A stretch of DNA of 63,009 nt, filler included, from Rhabdomonas costata (lineage: Eukaryota): assembly GCA_019059605.1 (NCBI GenBank). It is 49 parts of 49 records of this genome, joined end to end, with 100 filler letters (N's around TTAATTAATTAA, not from the genome) between each part and the next. Parts side by side here need not be neighbours in the genome. Positions count along the whole stretch, not along the records: positions 59,247 to 60,434 come from JAHMHO010024390.1; positions 60,535 to 61,721 come from JAHMHO010024391.1; positions 61,822 to 63,009 come from JAHMHO010024392.1; 46 more parts are not named here. One strand, given 5' to 3'. The translations under genes and the position numbers were made by a program. Under the pieces are notes generated by a model. That model saw only the letters and a list, made by a program, of their open reading frames with translations. It ran no database searches and was not told where the DNA came from. Every line of letters starts with the position of its first letter. The stretch's first letter is position 1. Shown here piece by piece: positions 60,224-63,009 of this stretch.

Positions 60224-62277
60224 GTATGTGGACCCACCCCCACTCTACCACTCAAAACATTCGATTTTTCAGAAATTTTCGGAGAAAACTTTGTTGAGAT
60301 AAGCAGTTGGGGCCTCTTTCATGCCTGCAGGCCCAATTTCATGCCCCCATCAAAGGTGATGAGGCAGCGGGTTCACCCCGACGGTACCGTGGAGGAGTAC
60401 TGGGAGCTGGAGGCATGAAAGAGGCCCCAACAACNNNNNNNNNNNNNNNNNNNNNNNNNNNNNNNNNNNNNNNNNNNNTTAATTAATTAANNNNNNNNNN
60501 NNNNNNNNNNNNNNNNNNNNNNNNNNNNNNNNNNTTGTGGGTGGGGCCAGAGGTGCCTCTAACCAGACCAGTGTGTTGGACCGTGATATGGATTCCAGCC
60601 GATTTCGGTGCTGACAGTGTTCGTACCAGTGCTTACACTTCACACAGCTGTGTGTGCGTGTGTGCAGATACCGTCCAGGGCGTGCTCGAGTCCCCAGAGC
60701 GAGCTGAGTGAGCTGAAAAGCGAGCTGGAGAGGTTGCAGAGATCATCAGCTGCACCGGTCGAGAATCCAGGGGTCTGTTGACCCTTGGGACGTGACTCCG
60801 ATCGACTCTGCTTTCAAAACACGTTGCCTGTGCATGTGTACTACTATCCCCCTTGAAAATGCGGGAATCATCAGCCTTCATTTTTCTCATGGGCTAAGTC
60901 ATGGGGCTAAGGGGCGGACGAAAACATTGGTGGCTGTGTTTACCCGCTTATTTCCTGATTAAGCGACGAGTTCCTTGATTGTACGGAAGAAGTTTCCTCT
61001 TCAAGGATTTGGCTCGTCTCCTCCTTGCCGATATGTTTCTCCATTTTTTCCGTTGCTCGCTGTCCCTGGCTGCTTCGTGCAAACTTGCGTTCCCACCCTC
61101 AATTCGTAATTCGTTGGCAAAGGGGAAGTCCGGTCCTGCGCCACACGGCGGTCTCCGCGCATCCCTCCCATTTGAACACCGTACGGCTCCTGACATCGTG
61201 GGTGATGTCAAAAGCAGAGGCACATGCCGTGTCTTTCGGTTTCACGAAGTAGCAGGGAGAGAAGGACAGGTTGAACCGTCTTCCTTCTTCGGACAGTCGA
61301 TATCTGTTTTGTGTGTTTCTTCGTTTTTTCCTGGGGGTGCCGTCCAGCAGTCTACCACTGAGTACTGAGGTGGTACACCAAAAAGGCGCGAGGGGCACTC
61401 TCTTCACTCTGCCAGCGCGGCGGTGCTCCTAGGGACATCGGAAATGCATTCCGAGGGCCAGTTGCCCGCTGCCGCCGCGTCCGAAGGCACTGGCACTGTG
61501 TTGCCGCCAATCGGAAGGTGTGTGCCTTAGGTGGAAGAACACGCTGGGTCCTCACATAAAACCATCCCCGTGGTCAACTCCGCGAAAGGGTGCTAATCTG
61601 TAAAACAAATCAGTGTGTGTGTGGGGGGGGGGGAAGTGATTCGCACACCCGAGAAGCGGGCAGGCATTGGGAGAGAGTCTGAAAGCTCGCAGGAGGCTAA
61701 AAAGACCATCACCAAAACCCCNNNNNNNNNNNNNNNNNNNNNNNNNNNNNNNNNNNNNNNNNNNNTTAATTAATTAANNNNNNNNNNNNNNNNNNNNNNN
61801 NNNNNNNNNNNNNNNNNNNNNGTTTGTGGTTAAACGATGTTTGAAACTTCTGTTGGTATGTGGCCAGGGGCCAGGAGCTGTGTTTGTGGGATCGAGGTTT
61901 GCTCATGGATGGCACTTTCCGACCTCCAGTGGAGAGAAGCAGATGTGCATCATCGGTAGGGTGCATCTCCAGTTGAGCAAGTGGGGGCCCAACGTCCCAG
62001 GCAGCAAGAAGAAAAGAGGTTGGAGATGAAAGTGGGGACAGTCGGGGAGAGTGTGCCCCGCTGGTTACCGCCGGTTTCTGCAACGCGGTTTGGGAGTGAT
62101 TTTTCTGTGTGGTGCATTACCCCCCCCATATTGGCAGCACACCGTCAATGCATCCACACTTTGGGTCCGGAAAATGCAACTTAAATGGGGGGAGGGTCCC
62201 CAAAATACCTGCCGTTTTTTCCTTTGTGTAATGAGCTCACGATGGTTTTATGATGAGAGTGGGAATGGTCGGCCCAG

Positions 62278-62480
62278 GTGCAGCCGATCCGCAAAGGGAC
62301 CACCGCGCGGGAGCTGAGCTCGGCGTTGTCGAAGTTTGGGCGTGTCCTCAGCGCCACCGTGCACAGCGGGAACCCCGCGTATGGCTACGTGCGGTTCTCG
62401 TCCGAGGCCGAGGCCCACGCCGCGGACGCCGCGGGCTCCGTGATGGTGGGTGAAGTCCTGGTACTCACCCCCGTGCCAAA
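62278..62480 (+). CDS. RRM RNA-binding domain exon
   Basis: TTARELSSALSKFGRVLSATV..PAYGYVRFSSEAEAHAA contains an RNP1-like YGYVRF; the 3' boundary is uncertain. Confidence 0.75.
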
Positions 62481-63009
62481 CACCCACACCGGTAACCTGA
62501 TAATGAGGGTACGAAAAGGCAGCAAGGCAACCACAGAGAGATGTGCTGGCAAGTCAACGGCTGCAGGTACTTTTGTTACTCGTTGAAAAGCTCAAAGGTG
62601 CGAGGTTTCAACGAGATAAGCTCCCCCTCTAGCCCAGAGCATTCAAAGAGATGAGCGGCAATGGAGCAGCGGGGGTAGCAGGTGGAACGATACGAGGGGC
62701 GTTTTCCTCGGCGACGCCGAGACCTGGATGAAAAGGATGAATACGGCAACTGTGGGTGCCTTTGTAAATCATCACTCCAGCAAAACCTCCTCAACGTCTT
62801 GGTCGCCAACAGCACCCTCATTTTGGGGAACAAGGAACACATTTTGGTGCAGAATTGCATGTGTTCAGGTGAGAACGGACGTAAAATGATGATGAAATGC
62901 AAGTTGTAAATGGCTGTATGCTGCCTCCCCGCACCCTTCTCCTTCTGTACTCCTTTGTCCCAAGCGGAACGCGGACGAAGTCAACAAATCTCAAGTTTCC
63001 CACCCACAC

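Noticed and set aside
1191-61821. Regularly spaced TTAATTAATTAA as a CRISPR-like or biological repeat
   Set aside because: It is always embedded in N44 blocks and is an artificial six-frame-stop linker. Adjacency between contigs therefore has no biological meaning, and no operon or gene-cluster inference is valid.

Overview
This window is not a contiguous locus. It is 49 unrelated contigs of about 1.19 kb each, joined by artificial 100-nt spacers (N44-TTAATTAATTAA-N44). Most contigs start G/T-rich and end A/C-rich, which fits degenerate-primer whole-genome amplification of a single cell or low-input sample. Most are nuclear DNA of an intron-rich flagellate protist; a euglenozoan-like host is my inference and is not proven. 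Short exons can be recognised for an axonemal dynein heavy chain, MRE11, ATG18/WIPI (two pieces), NAP1, a NEK kinase, a MAP2K-like pseudokinase, CARNMT1, ubiquilin/DSK2, a CTD-type phosphatase, an EF-hand protein, a histidine kinase, an RRM protein, and mucin-like and Cys-rich surface proteins. Splice donors are very degenerate, with many GC donors and one GA donor. Decayed Merlin/IS1595-like and possibly hAT transposases and an intronic repeat family are present. The most intriguing signal is three contigs (16742-17934, 45088-46276, 51533-52721) that share a G/T-skewed region ending in a similar motif. One closes as a 963-bp circle or tandem unit, and two carry a repeated GGTTGTTAYGCC cassette motif. 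They are candidate minicircle-like chromosomes of a multipartite (possibly mitochondrial) genome. Most ORFs in the supplied track are spurious.
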